A stretch of 25,393 bases of DNA, taken from assembly GCA_033763905.1 (NCBI GenBank), contig JANRJP010000060.1, positions 1 through 25,393 of the forward strand. Direction: 5' to 3'. This DNA is from Gemmatimonadaceae bacterium (GTDB lineage: Bacteria; Gemmatimonadota; Gemmatimonadetes; Gemmatimonadales; Gemmatimonadaceae). Both the position numbers and the translations under genes were made by a program. The notes under the pieces are model-generated. The model saw only the letters and a program-made list of their open reading frames with translations. It was not told where the DNA came from and did no database searches. Below, in pieces: positions 1-8,077 of the stretch (the stretch's first letter is position 1; every line of letters starts with the position of its first letter).

Positions 1-2
1 GC

Positions 3-1160
3 CGCTACACGCTGGTGCTGCAGGAAACGGCGGCGGCGGCCACCGATGCGCCCGCGTTGACGCGGACGGTCGTCCTGAGCGGCCGCACCAATCCGTGGGA
101 CATCGCCTTCGCGCCCAATGGCGCGATGTTCTTCACCGAGAGAGGAGGCGGTCTATTCGTCCGACAACCCTCCGGCTCGGTCAACTCGCTCTTCGGCCCG
201 ATCGGTTCTGCACTCGTCGCCCCAGACTTCTTTGAATGGGCGCAGAGCGGCATGCTCGGCGTCGCACTGGATCCGGCCTTCGCGACGAATCGCCGCATCT
301 ATGTCTTTATGGCGTCGAACCTGTCGTCGCCGTGGACCAATCGCGTGGTGCGCCTGGAGTTGAACGCCGACTACACGTCGGTGAGCAATCGCACGGACAT
401 CATCACCGACATTCCGTTCAAGGCCGTTGCGACGGCGAACGGCGGTTTGGGCGCGCACAGCGGTGGTCGCATTCGCTTCGGGCCCGACGGCTACCTGTAT
501 GTGGGCACCGGGGACAATCACAACGGCGCAATGCCGCAGAGCCCGACCAGCTTGGGCGGCAAGGTGCTGCGGGTGACCACGGATGGCACCGCCGCGCCGG
601 GCAATAACGCGCCGGTCGGCTTTGACCCTCGCATCTATGCGTACGGGTTCCGCAACGTGCAGGGCATCAGCTTCGAGCCGGGCAGCGGTCGCGTGTTCAT
701 CGGCGAGCACGGGCCGGACCACGCCGATGAAGTCACGCGACTCGATCCCGGCGTCAACGGAGGCTGGGATCCGCAGAATCGGCCGAGCCTCACCTGCCCC
801 GACGGCTACTGCGGCTACGCGGGCGACGCGACCTCGATGCCGATGACCGACCTCACGCGATTCCCGGGCGCGCGCGTGCCGTCGTGGAGCAACGGGACGG
901 ACTCGCAGGGCTTGGGCCCGATCGCCTTCCTCACCGGCAGCAATTGGCGCGGCTGGCAGGGACGACTGGTGCTCGGCATTATGGGTGGGCAGCGTCTGGT
1001 GCTCGTGACGCTGGACGCCAATGGCAATTCGACCGCGGAGCAGGATATCACGCTCCCCGCTGCGCGGTATCGGGCGCTCACGATGGCGCCTGATGGTTCG
1101 CTGTACATTGCCACCGACGCCGGCGAGATCTGGCGCGTGGTGCCGTCGCCCGCGTCGTAA
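3..1160 (+). CDS. PQQ-dependent sugar (glucose/sorbosone) dehydrogenase family beta-propeller protein, 5'-truncated by the window edge
   Basis: Frame is open from position 3. GSDH-family motifs: PWDIAFAPNG, GMLGVALDPAF, HSGGRIRFGPDGYLYVGTGD, LGGKVLRV, IYAYGFRNVQG, EHGP..DEV, APDGSLYIATD. Confidence 0.85.
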   Translation, partial: RYTLVLQETAAAATDAPALTRTVVLSGRTNPWDIAFAPNGAMFFTERGGGLFVRQPSGSVNSLFGPIGSALVAPDFFEWAQSGMLGVALDPAFATNRRIYVFMASNLSSPWTNRVVRLELNADYTSVSNRTDIITDIPFKAVATANGGLGAHSGGRIRFGPDGYLYVGTGDNHNGAMPQSPTSLGGKVLRVTTDGTAAPGNNAPVGFDPRIYAYGFRNVQGISFEPGSGRVFIGEHGPDHADEVTRLDPGVNGGWDPQNRPSLTCPDGYCGYAGDATSMPMTDLTRFPGARVPSWSNGTDSQGLGPIAFLTGSNWRGWQGRLVLGIMGGQRLVLVTLDANGNSTAEQDITLPAARYRALTMAPDGSLYIATDAGEIWRVVPSPAS

Positions 1161-1194
1161 ACGTTCGTCTGTCTCTGACCTTTCCGAGTCTGTT

Positions 1195-2142
1195 ATGCGC
1201 GTCGCTGGAACGCTTGCTCTGATCACCGCCGCCGTTGGTCTTGCGTCGTGCACCGAGTCGCCGGCCGAGCCGATCACGCCGACCCCGACGCTCAACGTGA
1301 TGTCGGTGGGCCTGCTGCCCACGGCGGTGACCACGGCGGGGCTGCGCTACCGCATCCTCGCGACGCAGGACTCGGGTGAAGTGCCGCTCGCGATCTCGGC
1401 GACGCGCGACACGATCCAGGGCGGCTATCCCTTCCCTGCCGGTCTGCTCGAAGTGCAGGTCGTCGCGCGCGATGCGGCGGCGGCCCTCGTGCTGCAGTCG
1501 TTCCGCGACACGGTGGTGGTGCAGCCGTCGGCCCAGACCACCTTCACCACGGTGCTGTTGTGCGTGAGCGCGGCGTGTGAAGGCTCGAACGGTGACGGCA
1601 GCGTGGGCACGACGGCGCTGATTCCAACGGCCGAGTCGGAGCCGAACAACTTCATCAGCAACGCGGATTCGCTCGGCGTGCGCACCCTCAGCGGCATTGG
1701 TCGCGTGTCGGCAGGTGCGGGTCGTCTGGCCAGCGCGTTCGACGTGGACGTCTTCCGCATCGACCTGCCGGCGTCGGCGGTCGCCCTCACGTACTCGGTG
1801 CAGCTCTATTCGCAGCGCATCGAGCCGAGCTCGACGCTGCAGACGACGCTGGAGCAGGTCGACTCGTCCGCGACGGACATCAACGGCACCACGGTGCAGT
1901 CGGTGACGAGCTGCGCGTCGGTGGTCACCAACGACACCTGCTTGTCGTTGACGATTCCGGCCAGCGCCACGGCCAATCGCGTGTACCTGCGGGTGCGGTC
2001 GCGGAACAGCACGAGCGGGCGGTATACGCTGGTGCTGCAGCAGGCGGATGCGGGCTTGCTGGCGGGGAGCCTTGAACTCGGCCAAATGGCGCGGTACGTT
2101 CAGCCATATGGCAGTCAGGGGCCGCGCCGCAACGGTCGATAA
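1195..2142 (+). CDS. Lipoprotein with a C-terminal PPC-like (pre-peptidase C-terminal) beta-sandwich domain
   Basis: ATG at 1195 gives a signal peptide with lipobox (MRVAGTLALITAAVGLAS-C). ESEPNN..A and DVDVFRI motifs and the closing GRYTL strand are typical of PPC-like domains. The 1021 start overlaps the previous gene and is unlikely. Confidence 0.65.
   Translation: MRVAGTLALITAAVGLASCTESPAEPITPTPTLNVMSVGLLPTAVTTAGLRYRILATQDSGEVPLAISATRDTIQGGYPFPAGLLEVQVVARDAAAALVLQSFRDTVVVQPSAQTTFTTVLLCVSAACEGSNGDGSVGTTALIPTAESEPNNFISNADSLGVRTLSGIGRVSAGAGRLASAFDVDVFRIDLPASAVALTYSVQLYSQRIEPSSTLQTTLEQVDSSATDINGTTVQSVTSCASVVTNDTCLSLTIPASATANRVYLRVRSRNSTSGRYTLVLQQADAGLLAGSLELGQMARYVQPYGSQGPRRNGR
2072..2112 (+). 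promoter_or_regulatory. Sigma70-type promoter of the TA operon with two palindromic operator candidates
   Basis: TTGAAC (2072-2077), 17-nt spacer, TACGTT (2095-2100), ATG at 2108. Palindromes GCCAAATGGC (2081-2090, near-perfect) and GCCATATGGC (2103-2112, perfect). Confidence 0.7.
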
Positions 2143-2608
2143 GGTCTCAGCCGACATCGCTGAGCTGCTGCGCCACTTCGAAGCGGGCCAGTCTGAAGGG
2201 CATTACCACGTCGCCCTGTTCGGCCTTCGGAGTTACGACGCGCTCGCCGTCGTCGACCACATCGAGCGCGGACTCTCGTACGCGGCGTTCGAGCGATTCC
2301 AGCGCAACACGGACATTCCCCCGCGCGTGCTGGCACGCGTCGCCGAGGTCCCGGAGCGGACGCTCGTGCGGCGCAAGGAGTCTGGCCGGTTCACTCGGGA
2401 GGAGTCGGACCGCCTGGTGCGCAGCGCGCGTATCGTGACGCGCGCCATCGAGCTGTTCGAAGGCAGTGTGGATCGGGCGCAGCGCTGGCTCACCAGTCCG
2501 GTCCGTGCCTTGGGCGACCGCACGCCGATCGAGTTTGCGTCGAGCGATGTCGGTGCCATTGAAGTCGAGAGCCTGATCGGGCGACTGTCGCACGGCGTGC
2601 CGACGTAG
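2108..2608 (+). CDS. Antitoxin, Xre/MbcA/ParS (DUF2384) family
   Basis: HTH-like region (VPERTLVRRKESGRFTREESDRL) and toxin-binding C-terminus (ELFEG..RAQRWLTSPVRALGDRTPIE...VESLIGRLSHG). Lies directly upstream of a RES gene. Confidence 0.9.
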   Translation: MAVRGRAATVDKVSADIAELLRHFEAGQSEGHYHVALFGLRSYDALAVVDHIERGLSYAAFERFQRNTDIPPRVLARVAEVPERTLVRRKESGRFTREESDRLVRSARIVTRAIELFEGSVDRAQRWLTSPVRALGDRTPIEFASSDVGAIEVESLIGRLSHGVPT

Positions 2609-2611
2609 GCG

Positions 2612-3070
2612 ATGCAGGTGTGGCGGCTCACCAAGACGCGTTTCGCCGCGACGCCTTTCGATGGGGAGGGCCCGTGGCGCTACGGCGCTCGATGGAACAG
2701 TCGCGGCACACGCGTCGCCTATGCGTCGAGCAACTCGGCACTTGCCGTGCTGGAAGTGCTGGTGCACCTGAGCGCCGGCGGCCCGCCCGTCGGGTACTCG
2801 CTGGTATCGGCCACCGTGCCCGATGCGCTGGTCGACACGCCGGACCCAGCCCTGCTCCCGGACGACTGGAACGTGTCGCCGGTCCCGACGTCGACGCAGG
2901 TATTCGGCGACCAGTGGATTGCGTCCGGGCGCGCGCTGGCACTGCGGGTACCGAGCGTGATCGTGCCCGGGGGATTCAACCTGCTGATCAATCCGCAGCA
3001 CCGGGACTTCGCTCGCGTGACGGTGGACGCGGTCACGGCGTTTGACTTTGACGCGCGGTTGCTGCGATAG
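2612..3070 (+). CDS. RES-domain toxin (putative NAD+ phosphorylase/ADP-ribosyltransferase)
   Basis: VWRL, GARWNS.G..VAYASS, LEVLVH, LRVPSVIVP, NLLINPQH and terminal FDARL motifs. Starts 3 nt after the antitoxin stop. Confidence 0.92.
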   Translation: MQVWRLTKTRFAATPFDGEGPWRYGARWNSRGTRVAYASSNSALAVLEVLVHLSAGGPPVGYSLVSATVPDALVDTPDPALLPDDWNVSPVPTSTQVFGDQWIASGRALALRVPSVIVPGGFNLLINPQHRDFARVTVDAVTAFDFDARLLR

Positions 3071-3147
3071 CGCGCCACGTAGCGCCTGCACTGACGGCGC
3101 CGCACATTGCCTGCACCGCCCGTCGGCCGCCTCACATCGGAACACTC

Positions 3148-4800
3148 GTGCGTTTCTCTGCCCTCGCGCTCCTGCTACCGCTGAGCGCTCTCCCCGCCCA
3201 GCGCCCCACCACTCTGGCCGGCCGCTCGACCGTCTACGCCCCACACGGGATGGTCGCCACGAGCCAGCCGCTGGCCTCGGCCGCCGCGCTGGACGTCCTG
3301 CGCAGCGGCGGCAACGCGATCGACGCCGCCGTCGCGGCCTCGGCGGTGCTTGGCGTGACGGAGCCGCATATGACCGGCATCGGTGGCGATATGTTCGCCA
3401 TCGTCTGGTTGGCCAAGGAGCAGCGCCTCGTGGCCATCAACGCCAGCGGTCGCGCGGGCGCCAAGATGTTTCGCGACACCTTGGTCGCGCGCGGCTTTCG
3501 CGCGGGCTCGCAACAAGGGGCAATGTCGATCACCGTGCCGGGCGCCTTGGCGGGCTGGGATTTGCTGCTCCGCACCCACGGCACGCGTACCCTCGCGCAG
3601 ATGCTGCAACCGGCCATCGGCTACGCGCGTGATGGCTTCCCGGTCACACCGATCATTGCCGCGCAGTGGGCCGAGCAAACCGAATTGCTCTCGCGCGATG
3701 CCGCCGCGAAGGCCACGTACCTGCCGAACGGCCGCGCCCCGCGTGCGGGCGAGTGGTTCGCCAATCCCGACCTGGCGCGCACGATGCAGGCCATTGCCGA
3801 CAGCGGTGTCGCCTACTTCTACCGCGGCGCGCTTGGCCAGCGCATCGTGGAGCACGTCGCGCGGCTCGGCGGGTTCCTCACGCTCGACGATTTCCGTGCG
3901 AACGCGCCCGGTTGGGTTACGCCGATCTCGGTGCCCTTCCGCGGCTACCGCGTGTGGGAACTGCCGCCGAACAATCAGGGCGTGGCCGCGCTTGAGATGC
4001 TGCGCATTCTCGAGCCCTACGATCTGCGGGCGATGGGGCACAACTCGGCGCCCTACCTCCACCATCTGATCGAAGCCAAGAAGCTGGCGTACGCTGACCT
4101 TGATCGCTTCGTGGGTGACGCAGATCATCTCGAGCTCTCGGCCGAGGCGATGCTGAACGACCGCTTCATTGCGGCGCGGCGGGCGCTGCTGAACACCACA
4201 CGCGCGCAGGAGCGCGTGGAGCCCGGCCCCAGTCGGACGCGCAGCGAGACGGTGTATCTCACGACGGCCGACGCCGAGGGCAATATGGTGTCGTTCATCA
4301 ACTCGGTGTACGACTACTTCGGGTCGGGTGTCGTCGTGCCCGGGACGGGCTTTGCACTGCACAATCGCGGCGCCGGCTTTACGCTCACCCCGGGCCTGCC
4401 CAATACCGTGGCCCCGGGCAAGCGGCCGTTCCACACGCTGATTCCGGGCTTCGTGACGCAGACTGTCAACGGCCGAGAGCAGGCGTATATGAGCTTCGGG
4501 CTGATGGGTGGTGGCGTGCAGGCGCAGGGGCACGTGCAGATGCTGCTCAACCATCTCGTCTTCGGAATGGACATCCAAGCCTCGATCGACGCGCCCCGAT
4601 TCCGACACTACAACGGGTATCGGGTGGCGCTCGAGGCGCCCATCGACGACGCAACGCGCGCCGCGCTCACCGCGATGGGTCACGTGCTGATCGACCAGCC
4701 GCCGATCGCCTTTGGCGGGGCGCAGGCGATCATTCGCCTCCCTCGCGGCTACTCGGCGGGGAGTGATCCACGAAAGGACGGACTGGCAATCGGGTATTGA
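3148..4800 (+). CDS. ggt: Gamma-glutamyltransferase family protein (exported; YwrD-like subgroup)
   Basis: GGNAIDAAVA, EPHMTGIGGD, VPG, nucleophile region ETVYLTTADAEGNMVSFINS, NRGAGF, APGKRPFHT, GLMGG, SDPRKDG. N-terminal signal peptide. Confidence 0.93.
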   Translation: MRFSALALLLPLSALPAQRPTTLAGRSTVYAPHGMVATSQPLASAAALDVLRSGGNAIDAAVAASAVLGVTEPHMTGIGGDMFAIVWLAKEQRLVAINASGRAGAKMFRDTLVARGFRAGSQQGAMSITVPGALAGWDLLLRTHGTRTLAQMLQPAIGYARDGFPVTPIIAAQWAEQTELLSRDAAAKATYLPNGRAPRAGEWFANPDLARTMQAIADSGVAYFYRGALGQRIVEHVARLGGFLTLDDFRANAPGWVTPISVPFRGYRVWELPPNNQGVAALEMLRILEPYDLRAMGHNSAPYLHHLIEAKKLAYADLDRFVGDADHLELSAEAMLNDRFIAARRALLNTTRAQERVEPGPSRTRSETVYLTTADAEGNMVSFINSVYDYFGSGVVVPGTGFALHNRGAGFTLTPGLPNTVAPGKRPFHTLIPGFVTQTVNGREQAYMSFGLMGGGVQAQGHVQMLLNHLVFGMDIQASIDAPRFRHYNGYRVALEAPIDDATRAALTAMGHVLIDQPPIAFGGAQAIIRLPRGYSAGSDPRKDGLAIGY

Positions 4801-4820
4801 GCGGCGACGCGACGCGACCG

Positions 4821-5207
4821 TCAGGCCGCGAGGTACACCCAGCGAATCATCAACCATTGCAGCGGAAGCCGCGCGACCAGCGCGGCAATCCACAACGGCG
4901 CGGCTCCGCTGGCAATCGCGTCGAGAAGCATCTGCACGTTGGCGGGGAAGACCGCAACGAGCAGGGCAATGAGCCCGACACGTGCGGCACCTCGGGTGGC
5001 GCGGGGCACCAAGCCAATGGCGCCGGCCAGTTCGGCCACGCCACTCGCGAGCGTCGCGGCGCGCGGTGACATCGGCACCCACTGGGGCACGATGGCGTCG
5101 AAGAACGCAGGGGCGATGAAGTGCGCGGTGCCGGCGGCGCCGAAGAGGGCCACCAGGCCATAGGGCGGAGGCGCCGGGGACCGCTCTGCCACAGGAGGAC
5201 TTTGCAT
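4821..5207 (-). CDS. DoxX-like (COG4270-type) small membrane protein
   Basis: AGTAHF..P..F.AIVP, SGVAELAGAIGL, LLVAVFPANVQM motifs; about 4 hydrophobic helices. Confidence 0.8.
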   Translation of the reverse strand: MQSPPVAERSPAPPPYGLVALFGAAGTAHFIAPAFFDAIVPQWVPMSPRAATLASGVAELAGAIGLVPRATRGAARVGLIALLVAVFPANVQMLLDAIASGAAPLWIAALVARLPLQWLMIRWVYLAA

Positions 5208-5318
5208 CGACGGAGGGAATGTACCCTCCGCGACAACGACAAAGGGACGCCGGCGTCCTTGACGGCCCCCCGGTGCGCGTAGCTTGTTTGGGGTCTGCCC
5301 TTCTTCCCCAACGACCCG

Positions 5319-5843
5319 ATGCGCCGATTCCTGACCTCCGTTGCGGCACTACTGCTCACTGCGCCTGCCACCCTTGCTGCGCAGGCCGACCTCATTCCCG
5401 GCGTCGATGCGATGCGCGAGGTGCCGCGGACGACGTTCGTCCCCGACACCAAGGCCACGTACAAGTTCTTCTGGAACCACACCGATTCCGCCGCGACTGG
5501 CGCGGTGAATCCCGGCTTCCTGATGGTGGCCCGTACGTACAACGCGCTCCGCACCGATGGCGTACCGGCGAAGCAGATCAAGCTGGCGCTCGTCATTCAC
5601 GGCCACGCCACCGTCGACTTGATGGCCAACGCGCCGTACAAGGCGCGTACGGGACGCGACAATCCGAACATCGCCATTCTCGAGCAGCTGTCGAAGGCCG
5701 GCGTCGACATCATCGTCTGCGGCCAGGCGCTGTTCAATCGCAACGTGCCGCGTGACGATCTGCTCCCGCTGGTGCAGGTGGCACGCTCGGCGGGCTACGC
5801 GCACGTCCTGCTCGCGGCGAAGGGCTACAGCACCACGCCGTGA
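5319..5843 (+). CDS. Exported DsrE/DsrF-like family protein
   Basis: Signal peptide (AxA), then VART.N, LALVIHG.A, NPN..ILEQL.KAGV.IIVCGQA, terminal KGY. Single conserved Cys. Confidence 0.8.
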   Translation: MRRFLTSVAALLLTAPATLAAQADLIPGVDAMREVPRTTFVPDTKATYKFFWNHTDSAATGAVNPGFLMVARTYNALRTDGVPAKQIKLALVIHGHATVDLMANAPYKARTGRDNPNIAILEQLSKAGVDIIVCGQALFNRNVPRDDLLPLVQVARSAGYAHVLLAAKGYSTTP

Positions 5844-7324
5844 AGCCCCTCGTTGCCGGGATGCTGGGCTGCGTCACCCTGACACTGGCGGCTGGCCGCG
5901 ATACGCCGCCGCCGGTGTTCGTTCCGCTCGATGCCGCCCGATTTGCCGCCGGCGCCACGCTGACCAACGCCTTCGCCGACGTGGACCGCGACGGTGATCC
6001 CGATCTCTTTGTCGGCTTCAACGGATCCCCGAACCGCTTGTACCGCAACGACGGCAGCGGGCAGTTCGAAGACATCGCGCCGGCACTCGGGCTTGCGACC
6101 GCGCGCGCCACGCGCGGGGCCGCCTTCGGTGACGCCGACGGCGATGGGGACCCGGACTTGGCGCTGGGCTTTGCGCCGGGGCGCGCGCCGGTCCTTGCCG
6201 TGTGGCGCAACGACGGACGCAGCTTTGCGAGCGTGGCGATTGCCGGGCTTCGCCCGGACACGGCGGCGCAGATCCGTCAGTTGGCATGGATCGACGTCGA
6301 CGGCGATGACGACTTGGACTTGTTCGTGGCGTGGCGCGATCGGCCGAATGCGCTGTACCGCAACGACGGCGCGTGGCGCTTCACCGACATCGCCGACTCC
6401 GTGGGACTCGCCGACGCACGCAAGACCGTTGGCGCGACCTGGGCGGATCTCGACGCTGATGGCGACCTCGATCTGGTGACCGCCAACCAGGACGGGGACG
6501 CGAACGGGTTGTTCATCAACGACCGAGGACGCTTTCGCGATATCGCCGACTCGGCGGGGGTCGCGTGGGGCGGCCGAGCGCCTGCGCTCGTGAGCAACGG
6601 CAGCGTGCGCCCGTGTGCCGACGATGTCGATGGCGACGGTCGCTTGGACCTGTTCTTCGCCAACTACGGCCCCAATGGCCTGCTCCTGCAACGCGGAGGC
6701 GGACGATTCGTCGATGTGTCAGCCGCGTGGGGCGTTGCCACGGACGCCCGATGGGACGCCTGTGCGTTCGCCGACTGGGATCACGACGGCGCGCTGGATC
6801 TGTACGTGAATGGCACTGTGACCGGTGGGACGTCGTACCCCGACGTGCTCTACGCGCAGCGCAACGGACGGCTAGAGGATGTCACGCCCGCGTCGCTGCG
6901 AGCGGTCGAAGCGGACCACGGTGTGATCTGGGCGGACGTCGACGCCGATGGCGATCTGGATCTGGCGTTGACCGGCGTGCGGCCGGACGGAATGCATCAC
7001 GTGATGCGCAACGATCTGCCCGACTCGCTCCGCGTGCGCTCGGTGCAGGTGCGCGTACTGGATCGTCGCGGTCGTGCGACGCGCGCGGGCGCCGAAGTGC
7101 GCGTGTATGCCGCGGGCACGCGCCGCTTGCTCGGGCTGCGTGTCGTCGACGCCGGTTCGGGATACAACGCGCAGAGTGATTTGCCCGTGCACGTCGGTGT
7201 TGGCGCGGAGCGTCGCGTGGATATCGAGGTGACGGTGCTGGCGGGTGGACAGCGACGGACGGTGTGGCGTCGGGGGGTTGAGGTGGCTGCCGCAGTAGGC
7301 TCGGCGATCCGTATTCTGCGCTAG
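5840..7324 (+). CDS. CRTAC1-family FG-GAP repeat protein with C-terminal ASPIC/UnbV domain
   Basis: Seven DxDxDGxxDL repeats with N.LYRN segments; C-terminal GAEVRV...GSGYNAQS.LPVHVGVG. GTGA overlap with the DsrE gene. Confidence 0.88.
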   Translation: MKPLVAGMLGCVTLTLAAGRDTPPPVFVPLDAARFAAGATLTNAFADVDRDGDPDLFVGFNGSPNRLYRNDGSGQFEDIAPALGLATARATRGAAFGDADGDGDPDLALGFAPGRAPVLAVWRNDGRSFASVAIAGLRPDTAAQIRQLAWIDVDGDDDLDLFVAWRDRPNALYRNDGAWRFTDIADSVGLADARKTVGATWADLDADGDLDLVTANQDGDANGLFINDRGRFRDIADSAGVAWGGRAPALVSNGSVRPCADDVDGDGRLDLFFANYGPNGLLLQRGGGRFVDVSAAWGVATDARWDACAFADWDHDGALDLYVNGTVTGGTSYPDVLYAQRNGRLEDVTPASLRAVEADHGVIWADVDADGDLDLALTGVRPDGMHHVMRNDLPDSLRVRSVQVRVLDRRGRATRAGAEVRVYAAGTRRLLGLRVVDAGSGYNAQSDLPVHVGVGAERRVDIEVTVLAGGQRRTVWRRGVEVAAAVGSAIRILR

Positions 7325-7329
7325 CGGTC

Positions 7330-7977
7330 GTGGCCGCGCGTTCACACGCCGCCCCGTTCTCCGACCATCTCCGCGAAGCCATTGCGCTCAACCGCGAGCG
7401 GCTGGGCCAGTGGTCCGCCCTGTCCCAGGGTCGGACGCGAGCGGTGTCTCGGCTGCTGATCGCGTCGGAGTACGCCACGCTGCCGGTCGCGTGGTGGACC
7501 GAGCGCGCGGCCCAGCGTGCTGGTGCCGCGGCCGTGGCGGCACTCGCTGCGTGCTTCGTGCCCATGCGCAATTTGCCGCCGATACAGCGAAGCGCGCCGG
7601 TCGACGCGCCCCACTCCCTGCTGCAGGCTCGGCGGAGCGCCACGGCGGCGTGGGCAGGCGCAATCTCGGCTGCGACACGCGCCGATGCACCGCAGGATGC
7701 GCACGCCGCGACAGCGACGATGCTCCGTACGTTGGCCGCTGCCCCAGGCACGCTGTGTATGCGCCGACATCTGGCGGAGTCGGCGGCGCGCGTTGCGTGT
7801 GTGCTGCGTTCCCTGAACGCACGCGAACCGGCGCGCGCCATCCTGTGGGCGCTACTTGAGCGGCACGCGTTGGGCATTCGCTTTGCCGACGTGCTCGACG
7901 ATCTCGCGTTGCCGCTGCAGCGAGATGGCATACCCATCCTCGCGCACGACTTGCCGCCCATTCCCTGGGAACTCTGA
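7330..7977 (+). CDS. Hypothetical protein (helical, possible internal duplication)
   Basis: Starts 5 nt after the previous stop and fills the gap with a protein-like sequence (HLREAIALNRER; CMRRHLAES; LQRDGIPILAHDLPPIP). No family recognised. Confidence 0.6.
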   Translation: MAARSHAAPFSDHLREAIALNRERLGQWSALSQGRTRAVSRLLIASEYATLPVAWWTERAAQRAGAAAVAALAACFVPMRNLPPIQRSAPVDAPHSLLQARRSATAAWAGAISAATRADAPQDAHAATATMLRTLAAAPGTLCMRRHLAESAARVACVLRSLNAREPARAILWALLERHALGIRFADVLDDLALPLQRDGIPILAHDLPPIPWEL

Positions 7978-8077
7978 GCGCAGGGTCGGAACGCACCACG
8001 ACATTGCGACGAAGATCACCAAGTGCCTGTGTCCGCGATCTCTCGGATGTGCGCGCACTTGTTCGTAGCGTTCCGGT

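Noticed and set aside
3175..5349. 724-aa minus-strand ORF and many other long antisense or alternate-frame ORFs
   Set aside because: They shadow well-supported genes and are Arg/Ala/Pro-rich without motifs, as expected at this GC content.
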